Assembly: GCA_002726495.1 (NCBI GenBank)
Contig: PBTH01000020.1
Location: forward strand, 6,650 to 70,649
Length of the DNA: 64,000 nucleotides
Source: Methanobacteriota archaeon
GTDB taxonomy: Archaea > Thermoplasmatota > Poseidoniia > Poseidoniales > Poseidoniaceae
Reading direction: 5' to 3'
The translations under genes were made by a program, and so were the position numbers. Of the stretch, positions 1 through 9,231 are shown one piece after another. Within the stretch, counting starts at the first letter, position 1. The number at the start of each line of letters is the position of its first letter. The notes under the pieces were generated by a model. The model was given only the letters and a program-made list of their open reading frames with translations. It had not been told where the DNA came from and searched no databases.

Positions 1-3000
1 ATGAGCGTGATGTTCCTTACCATGCTAACTGTAATTTTCTTGATGGCTCTTCCGTTCTACGGACATCCACAACTTTCCCTTGTTCTTGATTCAACAGGAC
101 TTCAACCGTTCTTGTTTATCTTTGGATTTACGCTTGCGATCGCATTCGTAACAACAGGATTCCGTGACAAGCCATGGTTGCTCGTTTTGGGAACTCTTGG
201 CGGACTTGCAGCGGTGTTCTTTACACTGCTCTTTGCCCTCAAGTTCGCAGGATGGTCCGATGCATGGGACGTTCTCTTCACTGGAAGCGGATATTTCACC
301 AAGACCAAGATTTTCGGAACTGTTGCTGAAGCAAATGCTCCGAACCGAGCTCAACTCTTTGCCTCATTCGGCCCGATAACCTTCTTGCTCGCCCTTGTCA
401 TGGGTGGTACCTTCCTCTGGAGAGGAATGCGTTATCGTCGCTCCACCGATCTGGTTTTCGGTGTGTGGCTCTTTGCAGCTACGTTCATGGCTTGGAACGC
501 TGCTCGTTTCATGTTTAACGCAACTCCGATTATGGCCATCCTCGGTGCAGTTGGTATCGCTTCCTTGTGGAAGTGGGCAAACTGGAGTGGTCTGGTTCGT
601 TCATGGAAGAAGTTCGGGATCCGAACCCCTGCCGACCGTATCGCAGGAGCACGAAAGGCTGTATGGCGAACACCTCAGTTCTCAGCAATTTTCCTCGTTA
701 TGCTCATGCTCTTCAGCCAACAAGCGACTTACGGTCTTGATTCAGCAATTCCTGGCTCTTCTTCATCTGCAGAAGGAGACCTCGATGAAAGAATTTACGA
801 CATCGTTCCAGACATTCTTCGGTTTGATGGACTCGGTTTCTCTATTCTTGACAGCAGCAACCACGAAGGTCGCTGGTATCTTGGAAACTTCGGTTCATCC
901 TTCAACGATGACGGATGGAATCGGGCCTATGAATGGCTTGCTGGACAAGATACAAATGTCACGTACTCTGAACGTCCTGCATTTGTGTCATGGTGGGACT
1001 ACGGTTTCCAAGCATTGACCACAGGTGATCACCCATCGGTTTCAGATAACTTCCAGTCAGGAATTCCAGCAACAGGTAACATGTTGCTCGCACGAAACCA
1101 AGACGATTTGACGGCTATGTTCATCTGGCAACTTGCTGAAGGTGACCGTGATTACGCAAAATCCAAGGGATTGGATACAGTCTTCACTCCTAAATTCCAG
1201 GACATTCTAGATGATTACCTAACTGTAGAGCAGGTTGATGAGTTTACACAAATGGAAACACGTTCCGATGAAGGCATGATTGAATTTATTCAAGATCGCT
1301 CATTCTCCGTTGTCAAAACCAATCGAAACATCGTCATGGCTACAGGACACCAACATGTGGCTGGAATATTTGATGCCGATACGCTTGTTTACCGCCTCTA
1401 CAAAGACGGCGTTCAACTTCCATGTGAATCCGAAACAACCGGTATTTGCTTGGGTGATGACTGGCTCGATAAGAGTGCAGCAGAACAATCATTCAGCAAC
1501 AACATTCGTTCGGCAGATGATACTGTTGAATCAGCATCTCACACGATTTTCGGCGAATATTGGTACACAGAAGATTTGATCGAGGATTATCTTGATGTTG
1601 CAACATCAATTCACAGGAAGAATTCCCGTATTGCAATGGTCACTCAACTCCTCACTGCAGCCCTTGATGCTCGGGAAGATGTAACCATCCACGACATGTA
1701 CCACGACATCATGGACGTCGGTGGAGAAGAGGGCAACTACAATGTGCAAGATTACGAAAAGGCACCTGGTGAGACCATTTCAAGAGATCACGAAATCCGC
1801 TACTTTGCTATTGACAATCGTTTGTACCCCCGTGCTGGTCGCTATACAGCTGATTACAATTACAACGGAGGCCAACCCATGGGTATCTTCGGTGCTCCTA
1901 CCATCCTTGCTGGCCAAGATACTGGCACATACATGGATGAAGTGTACGAAACCATTCGTGGTGACTTCAGTGACGAAATGACTCGTGAAGAGGTTGACCT
2001 CGCAATGCAAAAGGATTTCTTGAATCAGCAAGCAGGAGCAGAAATTGACCCGTTGCAGATTGAGGATGTCCGTGTTGATCACATGCCAGCATTCTTTGAC
2101 ACCATGGTTGCACGAACCTATGTTGGATATGGGGCTTCGACCCTTGGATTGGACACAGCATCTTCCAATCCACAACCATCTCAACACTTCATGGTTTCAG
2201 GTTCTCCGGGCAGCATTCTATCTTCAGCCCTTCCTTTGCCTGGTGCAATGATGAACCACTATGTCATTGCCAACTGGTATGATGATGAAACTGAATCCGG
2301 AATTACTGACTCAAACACCAAGGTAAAGATTCTCAAATACTATCCTGGAAATCAAATCACTGGTCAAGTAACCATGTCCGATAACAGCGAGGGAATCCCT
2401 GGCGTCCGTCTCTTAATCGAGCGTGATGCGTTCTCTGGTGAAGGTCCAGAAGACCTTGATGCAGACACGTATTGGATTCCAATTGGATTCGTAGATGCTG
2501 ATGAAAACGGCAATTACGAGTACACGGTCCCAGCAGGCCGGATTCGTGTTTCTGCCTTTGCAGGAGAATACGACCCAGTCGCAGCTCAGGATTCAATTCG
2601 TGATGGCAGTTATGCTCAAGTTAACAACAACAATCTCGATATTACTTCAGAAACGAACGGAGAGCGTGATGTCTATGCAATAACTGCCCTTCTTGGTCAG
2701 GTTGCTAACATGACTTGGCTGGGTGACGCAGAAATGAACGTCACAGCTGCAATGGCTAACCGAGACGTTAACATCGACACACCTCTTGATGTTTCCATCA
2801 AGAGCAGTGGTGTTTCGGGAACAGTTGTCTGGACTGGCGATGAGTCCTTCTCGGGAGACGCAGTTTCCAATACGACCTTTATCCTACGCAACATTTGGTC
2901 CATGACCGAGAATTATACCGTGACAACAACCAGCGGTTCAATCACCTCCGAAGAGAGCAGAATCCTTCAAGGAACTGGAGAGGCTACATTTACTGAAAAT

Positions 3001-6000
3001 GGAACGTTTGAAAGTACAGGTATGGCAGTTGCAAAGAATTTCATTGGTACATTTACCCGTGAACTCGGAGACAACCGCATGTTCTTTGCAAATGGAACAT
3101 GGGATGGTGTTGGTACTATTGAAGCAACATGGATGGAATCTGTAAACTCTACCGATTGTGAGTTGAGCAACGATTCTTTGCCAATCATGCCGGCCAATTA
3201 CACCGTTTGTGTTGTTGACATCAAAGATGGCATGACCACATACCGTGTCGAGGGAAGTGTCAACGCATCCGGTACCTTCACTTCAGAAGGCATAACAACA
3301 CTCACACGAACTTATGGAGACTATGACACTGGAAGCGGTGATACATTCGAAGGTGCAGGTTCCTACGAAGGTATTGGTACATTCAATGGTACTGGATTGT
3401 TCATTGGTTCTGGAACCTTTTCGGGTCCAATGGTTGAGCCGGGTTCATTCTACAGAACAGGATTGCTACCAGGTACATACAACATGATCGCCATGCTCGA
3501 TAACAACAAAACAGTGGTTCTACCCGACCCTGTAGTTGTTGGTGTCGCACCAAGTTACGACCTTGCAATGACCATGCCAGGTGCAATCTTTGAGGATGTC
3601 CTCAAGGACATGGACGGAGAACTCATGCCGAACAAAACCATTGAATTGATCGATGTAGACCTCGGTGAAGAATTCAAGATAAGTATTGATACCGATGAAA
3701 ATGCAAGTTTCAGTTACGGTCCGATTCCTAAGGGAGATTATTACTACAGAATTGACGCAGACGGCGACAAATGGTTTGACCTCAATGAATCTGTAACAGT
3801 GGATGACGAAACAACAAACATCACTCTAGCATTCGGAGTTCCAGCCACTGTTGACGTCACACTGCATCTTGTATCTCCAGTCAACCCAACCACACAAGAA
3901 CCTCTCTTTGATGTCGTTAACCGGACCATCACATTTGACAACACGGCCGGCATCCTTGACCCGGTAAATGTCACATCGGATGAAAACGGAACCGTATATG
4001 CTGAACTTTTGTTCGGCGTCTATGATATCCGAGATGATGTTAACACGCAATATGTGCTCTTTGACCAAATTGACATTGGATTTGGTTCTGATGATTTGGA
4101 AAAGAACATCACCTACGCTGAATCTGTTTACCTCAACGGAAGTCTACGCTATGATCCGGCTTATGACGACGAGGTTGCTCACGCCGACTGGCTTGCTCAA
4201 TCACCAGAAGTCAAGCTTGAAGCCAGTCAACCCGCCAGTGGGGTTACAGTTGTGTTTAGCAGCGGTGTATTGACCTTTACATCGGTCACGAACCTTACTG
4301 GAAATTACTCAGTACGTGTGCCTGCTGGATTTGATTATGATATGACGACGAGCATGGTCACTCAGGAACTGGGTGGTGGCCAATTGGTTGCTGTATCAAG
4401 TGCGGATGATATGGACATGGGTGTCTTGTATCTGGAGCCAACTACTACGGTTGCAGGAGTTATCCACCTTTACGATAACATGACTCGGTGGAGCAATACT
4501 ATTCCTCGCTGGGAAGCACCAGAGATTGTTGCGACCAACGAAGACGGATTGCAATGGACCACGACTGCCAACGAGATGGGAGAATTTGACTTGAACCTCA
4601 TTGATGGTACATGGGAACTCAGTGTTGCGGAAGAACTTCTCAACATTGATCCTGTTTCTGGAATTGTGGTCAACCGCTCCCTCACTGAGGAGATGTCTGT
4701 GATGGAACTCTTTGCCAACCCTGCATCGGTTGAAGTTTCCTTTGAGATATTCCTCAATTCAGCGGAGGATGGTTCATTTGAGAACGGAACAAAGGTTTCT
4801 CCTAACTTCCGTCTTGTTCCTGCCGATGAATCCCGTGAAGCCATTTACCTTACATCAGCCAATTACACCTCGGATGGCGTCGCTAATGTATCCTTGACAC
4901 CAGGGACCTACACTCTTGTCTTCAACCGAACAACGGCAAGCCATGAGAATGCGACCGATTATGACCTCGTAGGTGAGATTGTCTTTGAAGACATCTACAT
5001 CGGACTTGATGGTCCTGAAGAACCTCTTCCAGTTCCATTGAGAAATACATATCTCGTCACTGGTACATTGCTGAACTCTTCTGAAGTAGGAATCATGAAT
5101 GATTTCTTACTTTACAACGAAGCCGATGACCTTTGGTTTACTGATATTGGTTCAGATGAAAACGGTACCTTTGCAGCCTACGTCCCTGCTGGTGAATGGT
5201 TGATGATTGTCGCACCGTTCTCATACACGAACTCCACTGAAACCCTCCGAGCTCCACTCTCTATTGGAGTCGATTCCTCGGTTCGTCTCAATCAGACTTT
5301 CACGACTCTTGAAGCGGTTGATGTATCAGTTCAGTTGAAAGAACTCTTGACACTTGGTGAACTTCCAGATATGAATCTTGTAGCGGTAAGCGAAGACGGC
5401 CTTGGTAATGTGACCTTCGAAAAGACGGATTCAAACGGTACCATTGAACAAATGCTCATGCCAGGAAACTGGAGCCTGTTCCTCAACAAATCTTCAGGCC
5501 AACGTACATGGTACCTCAACACTTCTGCAACACCTTTCAACATGGACAGTGCTGAAAATGGAAGCTTAGCTCTTGACCCAGTCTTTGCTGCTTTGGAAGT
5601 AGAGATCGGAGGAAGAGTCTACTGGGACCTTGACAACAACAGTGCACCCTCGGAAAGCGAAGGGCTTGAAGGATTCAATGTGACCGTTATCGGTGCAAAT
5701 AATTCAGAAGTTAACACTGTTGTAACAACCGATGCAACGGGTGTATGGACACTCTTTGTCCCAATTCAAGATGTGTACAATGTTACTGTTGAGAAAGATG
5801 GGTTCGATACTGTGTATTACATGACCGGCAATGACTCCGGCTTTACAGTTTACAACAGTCCACAATCAACAGATATCGAAGTTGTCGCTGGATTGGTTGA
5901 AGTAACCGGTTCAGTCACTGATCAAGTCGATACCAACCGCCTCAACGGGGCGTCGATCGTATTGTATCCGAAGGCAGGAATTGAACGTGACTCAGTCACT

Positions 6001-7749
6001 GTAACAGGAGCCATGGTTAACGATACTCTTGAGTGGTCCGCCATGGTGCAACCTGGTGAATGGATTGTGGTCGTAACGGACGCAAACCCAACTCCAAACG
6101 GTGGCGGTGTTGCAGTTGCTTTGCTTGATGCAAGCGTTTCTGATGGTGGAAACATATCAATGGAAATGGCTCTCGGTGGATATCTTGTTCTTGATACGGA
6201 ATGGTTCCCACTCGGGGCTACAACCCCTAATCATGCAGGAGCGGACAATGCGAATGCAGGCGTGATGTCAGAATCAGTTGTTCTTGAAACATCGTTTGAT
6301 GGTAATTCATGGATGGTTGACTTGCCAACAACCGGTACACTCAACCTGCTCATGCCTGAGGGAAGTGTATTGTTTGATAGTTCATTCATGACCACTCAAC
6401 ATTCCAGTAACTTGGAAATGGAATACTTTGGAGGACAAAGTATGACCGTGGCTTCGGATTCAACCATCACAGCAGTATTGGACTACAACCGTCGAATTAA
6501 CTCTGCTCTTGACCTTGAGTTTAACAGCGTTGATGGGGGATTGCTCATGAACGCCACCGATATTGAAATCGGAGCGGTGGTTTCCTCAACAAATGATACA
6601 CTTTACGACCAGTTCATCTTCTCTGTTGACGTCACCTACAACGGTACTGAATCCATGGATGTGTTCACGGTAACCGCTGAAATGGGCTTGGCACAGGATT
6701 CAGACCTATGGACAGTTGAACTGTACAATGAAACCAGCCAAGAGTGGGAAAGTTCAGTTCTCATGTCCCTCGGTGTCGGGAATGTGACCGGTGCAGGCGC
6801 AATCCTATCGGATAATGTCAGTGTTAGAGTCACTCTTCCTTCAGTTGAGAATGCATGGCATCTTGACAACGGTCATCGAGTCTCAGTACGTCTTGAAACT
6901 GAATCCGGAGAAGCCAGCCAAATCACGGTGAAGGCAGTTGTTCCTTCAGATTATGATTATGTCATTTCGGATGCTACAGAACTTCTTGGAATTTCTCCGT
7001 TGGTAAAGCGTGAATTCAGCTTTGACCTGACCAACATTGGAAACGGTAAAGATACGTTTACAATGGAACTTTTGGAAAGCGGAATCCCTGAGGGATGGTC
7101 CGTAACTCCAATGGATTCCAACGTCACGCTTGCAAAGGGTGAAACTCGTGTTCAGATCTTTTCAGTGTTTGCACCTGCAGACTTCAATGAAGACGGTGGA
7201 TTTGATTTGAAGGTCTATGTGGACAATCTTGGAGGAGATGCTAAGGAAGTGGATGTCACAATCCAATACGCCCAAATCAAACTCTCTGTTGACCAAGGTG
7301 AAATTGCAACAGAATCAGATGACATAGCAAACGTTGCAGGAAATGTCGTGATTCCAGTGCGTAACAGTGGACTATTGGACGCAACATCGGTCATTGTATA
7401 TCTCAAACCAGTCGGCGAAGGAACTGTTGAGTTCCAACAAACGATCACTGTGCCAGCCAATGAAACAGTAAACGCAGTGTTTGACAACATTACAAGAGAA
7501 CAAGGCGACCATCGCTTTGAAGTTCGCTTAGAAGTTGTTGGTGAAGAGGCAAACAATGTAGAATCAATCACCCTTCCAGGTACTGCCGATCAAAACGGTA
7601 TACACGACTTCCAACTGCGATACGACCCTGCAGTATCTCCTGATGGAGATTCCATATGGTTGACACTGGCAGTGGTTGTTCTTGGATCGCTTGTTGTGTA
7701 CGGCGGTGTCAAGACAGCACGTAGCGGTCGGTCCGGTTCTAAGTTCTGA
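1..7749 (+). CDS. aglB: Oligosaccharyltransferase AglB/STT3 with very long C-terminal Ig-like extension and C-terminal TM anchor; probably 5'-truncated by the window edge
   Basis: Multiple N-terminal TM helices, TVAE (TIXE-like) motif at 319-330, WWDYG at 991-1005 followed by DNFQ. Then ~1800 aa of beta-rich modules and a terminal TM (IWLTLAVVVLGSLVVYGGV) with a basic tail. The N-terminal TMs expected for STT3 are missing. Confidence 0.9.
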   Translation: MSVMFLTMLTVIFLMALPFYGHPQLSLVLDSTGLQPFLFIFGFTLAIAFVTTGFRDKPWLLVLGTLGGLAAVFFTLLFALKFAGWSDAWDVLFTGSGYFTKTKIFGTVAEANAPNRAQLFASFGPITFLLALVMGGTFLWRGMRYRRSTDLVFGVWLFAATFMAWNAARFMFNATPIMAILGAVGIASLWKWANWSGLVRSWKKFGIRTPADRIAGARKAVWRTPQFSAIFLVMLMLFSQQATYGLDSAIPGSSSSAEGDLDERIYDIVPDILRFDGLGFSILDSSNHEGRWYLGNFGSSFNDDGWNRAYEWLAGQDTNVTYSERPAFVSWWDYGFQALTTGDHPSVSDNFQSGIPATGNMLLARNQDDLTAMFIWQLAEGDRDYAKSKGLDTVFTPKFQDILDDYLTVEQVDEFTQMETRSDEGMIEFIQDRSFSVVKTNRNIVMATGHQHVAGIFDADTLVYRLYKDGVQLPCESETTGICLGDDWLDKSAAEQSFSNNIRSADDTVESASHTIFGEYWYTEDLIEDYLDVATSIHRKNSRIAMVTQLLTAALDAREDVTIHDMYHDIMDVGGEEGNYNVQDYEKAPGETISRDHEIRYFAIDNRLYPRAGRYTADYNYNGGQPMGIFGAPTILAGQDTGTYMDEVYETIRGDFSDEMTREEVDLAMQKDFLNQQAGAEIDPLQIEDVRVDHMPAFFDTMVARTYVGYGASTLGLDTASSNPQPSQHFMVSGSPGSILSSALPLPGAMMNHYVIANWYDDETESGITDSNTKVKILKYYPGNQITGQVTMSDNSEGIPGVRLLIERDAFSGEGPEDLDADTYWIPIGFVDADENGNYEYTVPAGRIRVSAFAGEYDPVAAQDSIRDGSYAQVNNNNLDITSETNGERDVYAITALLGQVANMTWLGDAEMNVTAAMANRDVNIDTPLDVSIKSSGVSGTVVWTGDESFSGDAVSNTTFILRNIWSMTENYTVTTTSGSITSEESRILQGTGEATFTENGTFESTGMAVAKNFIGTFTRELGDNRMFFANGTWDGVGTIEATWMESVNSTDCELSNDSLPIMPANYTVCVVDIKDGMTTYRVEGSVNASGTFTSEGITTLTRTYGDYDTGSGDTFEGAGSYEGIGTFNGTGLFIGSGTFSGPMVEPGSFYRTGLLPGTYNMIAMLDNNKTVVLPDPVVVGVAPSYDLAMTMPGAIFEDVLKDMDGELMPNKTIELIDVDLGEEFKISIDTDENASFSYGPIPKGDYYYRIDADGDKWFDLNESVTVDDETTNITLAFGVPATVDVTLHLVSPVNPTTQEPLFDVVNRTITFDNTAGILDPVNVTSDENGTVYAELLFGVYDIRDDVNTQYVLFDQIDIGFGSDDLEKNITYAESVYLNGSLRYDPAYDDEVAHADWLAQSPEVKLEASQPASGVTVVFSSGVLTFTSVTNLTGNYSVRVPAGFDYDMTTSMVTQELGGGQLVAVSSADDMDMGVLYLEPTTTVAGVIHLYDNMTRWSNTIPRWEAPEIVATNEDGLQWTTTANEMGEFDLNLIDGTWELSVAEELLNIDPVSGIVVNRSLTEEMSVMELFANPASVEVSFEIFLNSAEDGSFENGTKVSPNFRLVPADESREAIYLTSANYTSDGVANVSLTPGTYTLVFNRTTASHENATDYDLVGEIVFEDIYIGLDGPEEPLPVPLRNTYLVTGTLLNSSEVGIMNDFLLYNEADDLWFTDIGSDENGTFAAYVPAGEWLMIVAPFSYTNSTETLRAPLSIGVDSSVRLNQTFTTLEAVDVSVQLKELLTLGELPDMNLVAVSEDGLGNVTFEKTDSNGTIEQMLMPGNWSLFLNKSSGQRTWYLNTSATPFNMDSAENGSLALDPVFAALEVEIGGRVYWDLDNNSAPSESEGLEGFNVTVIGANNSEVNTVVTTDATGVWTLFVPIQDVYNVTVEKDGFDTVYYMTGNDSGFTVYNSPQSTDIEVVAGLVEVTGSVTDQVDTNRLNGASIVLYPKAGIERDSVTVTGAMVNDTLEWSAMVQPGEWIVVVTDANPTPNGGGVAVALLDASVSDGGNISMEMALGGYLVLDTEWFPLGATTPNHAGADNANAGVMSESVVLETSFDGNSWMVDLPTTGTLNLLMPEGSVLFDSSFMTTQHSSNLEMEYFGGQSMTVASDSTITAVLDYNRRINSALDLEFNSVDGGLLMNATDIEIGAVVSSTNDTLYDQFIFSVDVTYNGTESMDVFTVTAEMGLAQDSDLWTVELYNETSQEWESSVLMSLGVGNVTGAGAILSDNVSVRVTLPSVENAWHLDNGHRVSVRLETESGEASQITVKAVVPSDYDYVISDATELLGISPLVKREFSFDLTNIGNGKDTFTMELLESGIPEGWSVTPMDSNVTLAKGETRVQIFSVFAPADFNEDGGFDLKVYVDNLGGDAKEVDVTIQYAQIKLSVDQGEIATESDDIANVAGNVVIPVRNSGLLDATSVIVYLKPVGEGTVEFQQTITVPANETVNAVFDNITREQGDHRFEVRLEVVGEEANNVESITLPGTADQNGIHDFQLRYDPAVSPDGDSIWLTLAVVVLGSLVVYGGVKTARSGRSGSKF

Positions 7750-7786
7750 TATTGGAACATTTTGGCCCCTTGTCAAACAAGGGTTC

Positions 7787-7792
7787 TTGAAT
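7787..7792 (+). promoter_or_regulatory. Putative TATA-like box TTGAAT
   Basis: Begins 29 nt before ATG 7816; the same spacing recurs upstream of many genes in the window. Confidence 0.55.
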
Positions 7793-7815
7793 CAAACGAT
7801 AGGATAGTCACCACT

Positions 7816-9030
7816 ATGGAAGGTCTTGACCATGTTGAGTACCTACCAGAACCTACTGATAAGAACATAGTTTCTGCAGTCGACCCCGCTGTTGTTGGTC
7901 ACCAGGTCGGTTGGCGCTCCGAGGTCATGGGTTGGGCACCACTGCCGGCTGAGCCGATTGTCCGTACGAGAAGGCGCGCGCTCACTGCAACGAATATCAT
8001 GGGTTTTGCAGTTCTTGTATCAATTGGTATGCTCTTGTGGCAGAACGACCTCCTCATAGTGGATTTGCCACTTGAAGACAGTGAATGGGCCTTTGAGACA
8101 ATCGGTGTTCGTGAACTCAATCAACAGGGATTAACTGGAGAGGGTGTACGTGTTTGCATGGTCGATACAGGTATTGAATTCGATCATGATGCCTTTGATG
8201 GTAAATCTATACTGTTTCATGATATGATTGGTACATCAACGGAGCCACGCGAATATGGGGTGATCGCTCATGGGACGTTGATGGCAGGGATTCTCATCGC
8301 TGATGGGCATCAATCAGGCGTAGCACCTAACGTAACATTCGCTATGGTAGCAGCCCTCCAAGACGATGGTTCAGGAAAAAACAGTGGACTTGAATCAGAT
8401 GTTGGTGATGCGATACGTTGGTGCCAATTTGAATTCGAAGCAGACATCATCTCACTTTCCCTTGGAGGTACTCCAAGCATGATGAATGAACGGGAGGGAG
8501 ATTCCGTATCAGCAACACGACAGGCTACTGATAATGGAATCTATGTCGTAGCAGCTGCCGGAAATGACGGAGGTCCAGATGATGATGGAGATGTTGCAGC
8601 TCCGGGTAACGTGCCGCGAGCGATTTCAGTTGGAGCAACAACCCGTAGCGAGGGCATCTGGGAAAATTCATCTGTTGGAATGCGCAATGGTGATGGTTTT
8701 ACGAGACAAAGTCCCCACTTAAAGCCTGAAATCGTAGCCCCTGGCCATCAAATTATCAGCACTGGAAACGACAATCGCTGGTACACGAGCAGTGGAACTT
8801 CTGATTCTACCGTTTTCGTTGCAGGGGCACTGGCCCTTCTTTTAGAAGCCAATCCGCAATTACGTCCCAATTCTCAAAGTGACGGCTCCTGCATTGACAT
8901 CGTCAAAGAAGCGCTCATGAACTCTGCTAAATCAATCGGTCAGGGTGAGGGCCATCATCCATATGCTGGATACGGACTTCTTGATGCTCAGAAATGGATT
9001 GATTCAATCCCCTCCGAATCCTCATGTTGA
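7816..9030 (+). CDS. Membrane-anchored S8 (subtilisin-like) serine peptidase
   Basis: Catalytic motifs VDTG, HGT, AAGN and SGTSDST, plus KPEIVAPG and one N-terminal TM. Start moved from TTG 7762 to ATG 7816 because of promoter spacing. Confidence 0.88.
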   Translation: MEGLDHVEYLPEPTDKNIVSAVDPAVVGHQVGWRSEVMGWAPLPAEPIVRTRRRALTATNIMGFAVLVSIGMLLWQNDLLIVDLPLEDSEWAFETIGVRELNQQGLTGEGVRVCMVDTGIEFDHDAFDGKSILFHDMIGTSTEPREYGVIAHGTLMAGILIADGHQSGVAPNVTFAMVAALQDDGSGKNSGLESDVGDAIRWCQFEFEADIISLSLGGTPSMMNEREGDSVSATRQATDNGIYVVAAAGNDGGPDDDGDVAAPGNVPRAISVGATTRSEGIWENSSVGMRNGDGFTRQSPHLKPEIVAPGHQIISTGNDNRWYTSSGTSDSTVFVAGALALLLEANPQLRPNSQSDGSCIDIVKEALMNSAKSIGQGEGHHPYAGYGLLDAQKWIDSIPSESSC

Positions 9031-9190
9031 AGGAAAATTAAGGGGGGAATCCTTCCCAAATCCAAATTCAGTGTGTGAGCGGTTACCGAAAAAGGGTCAC
9101 TAACCGGATATTTTATTGCGGAATCCGGCTTTTTATGATGATACAAATAGATTAAAATGATATTTTTAATTTGACAATCATGGAGCAGTA

Positions 9191-9196
9191 TTATAT
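9191..9196 (+). promoter_or_regulatory. Putative canonical TATA box TTATAT for the beta-helix gene
   Basis: 41 nt upstream of ATG 9232, with SD-like AGGTG at 9219-9223. Confidence 0.4.
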
Positions 9197-9231
9197 TCGG
9201 GCCATCCATGGGAAGAATAGGTGCATCCGAT

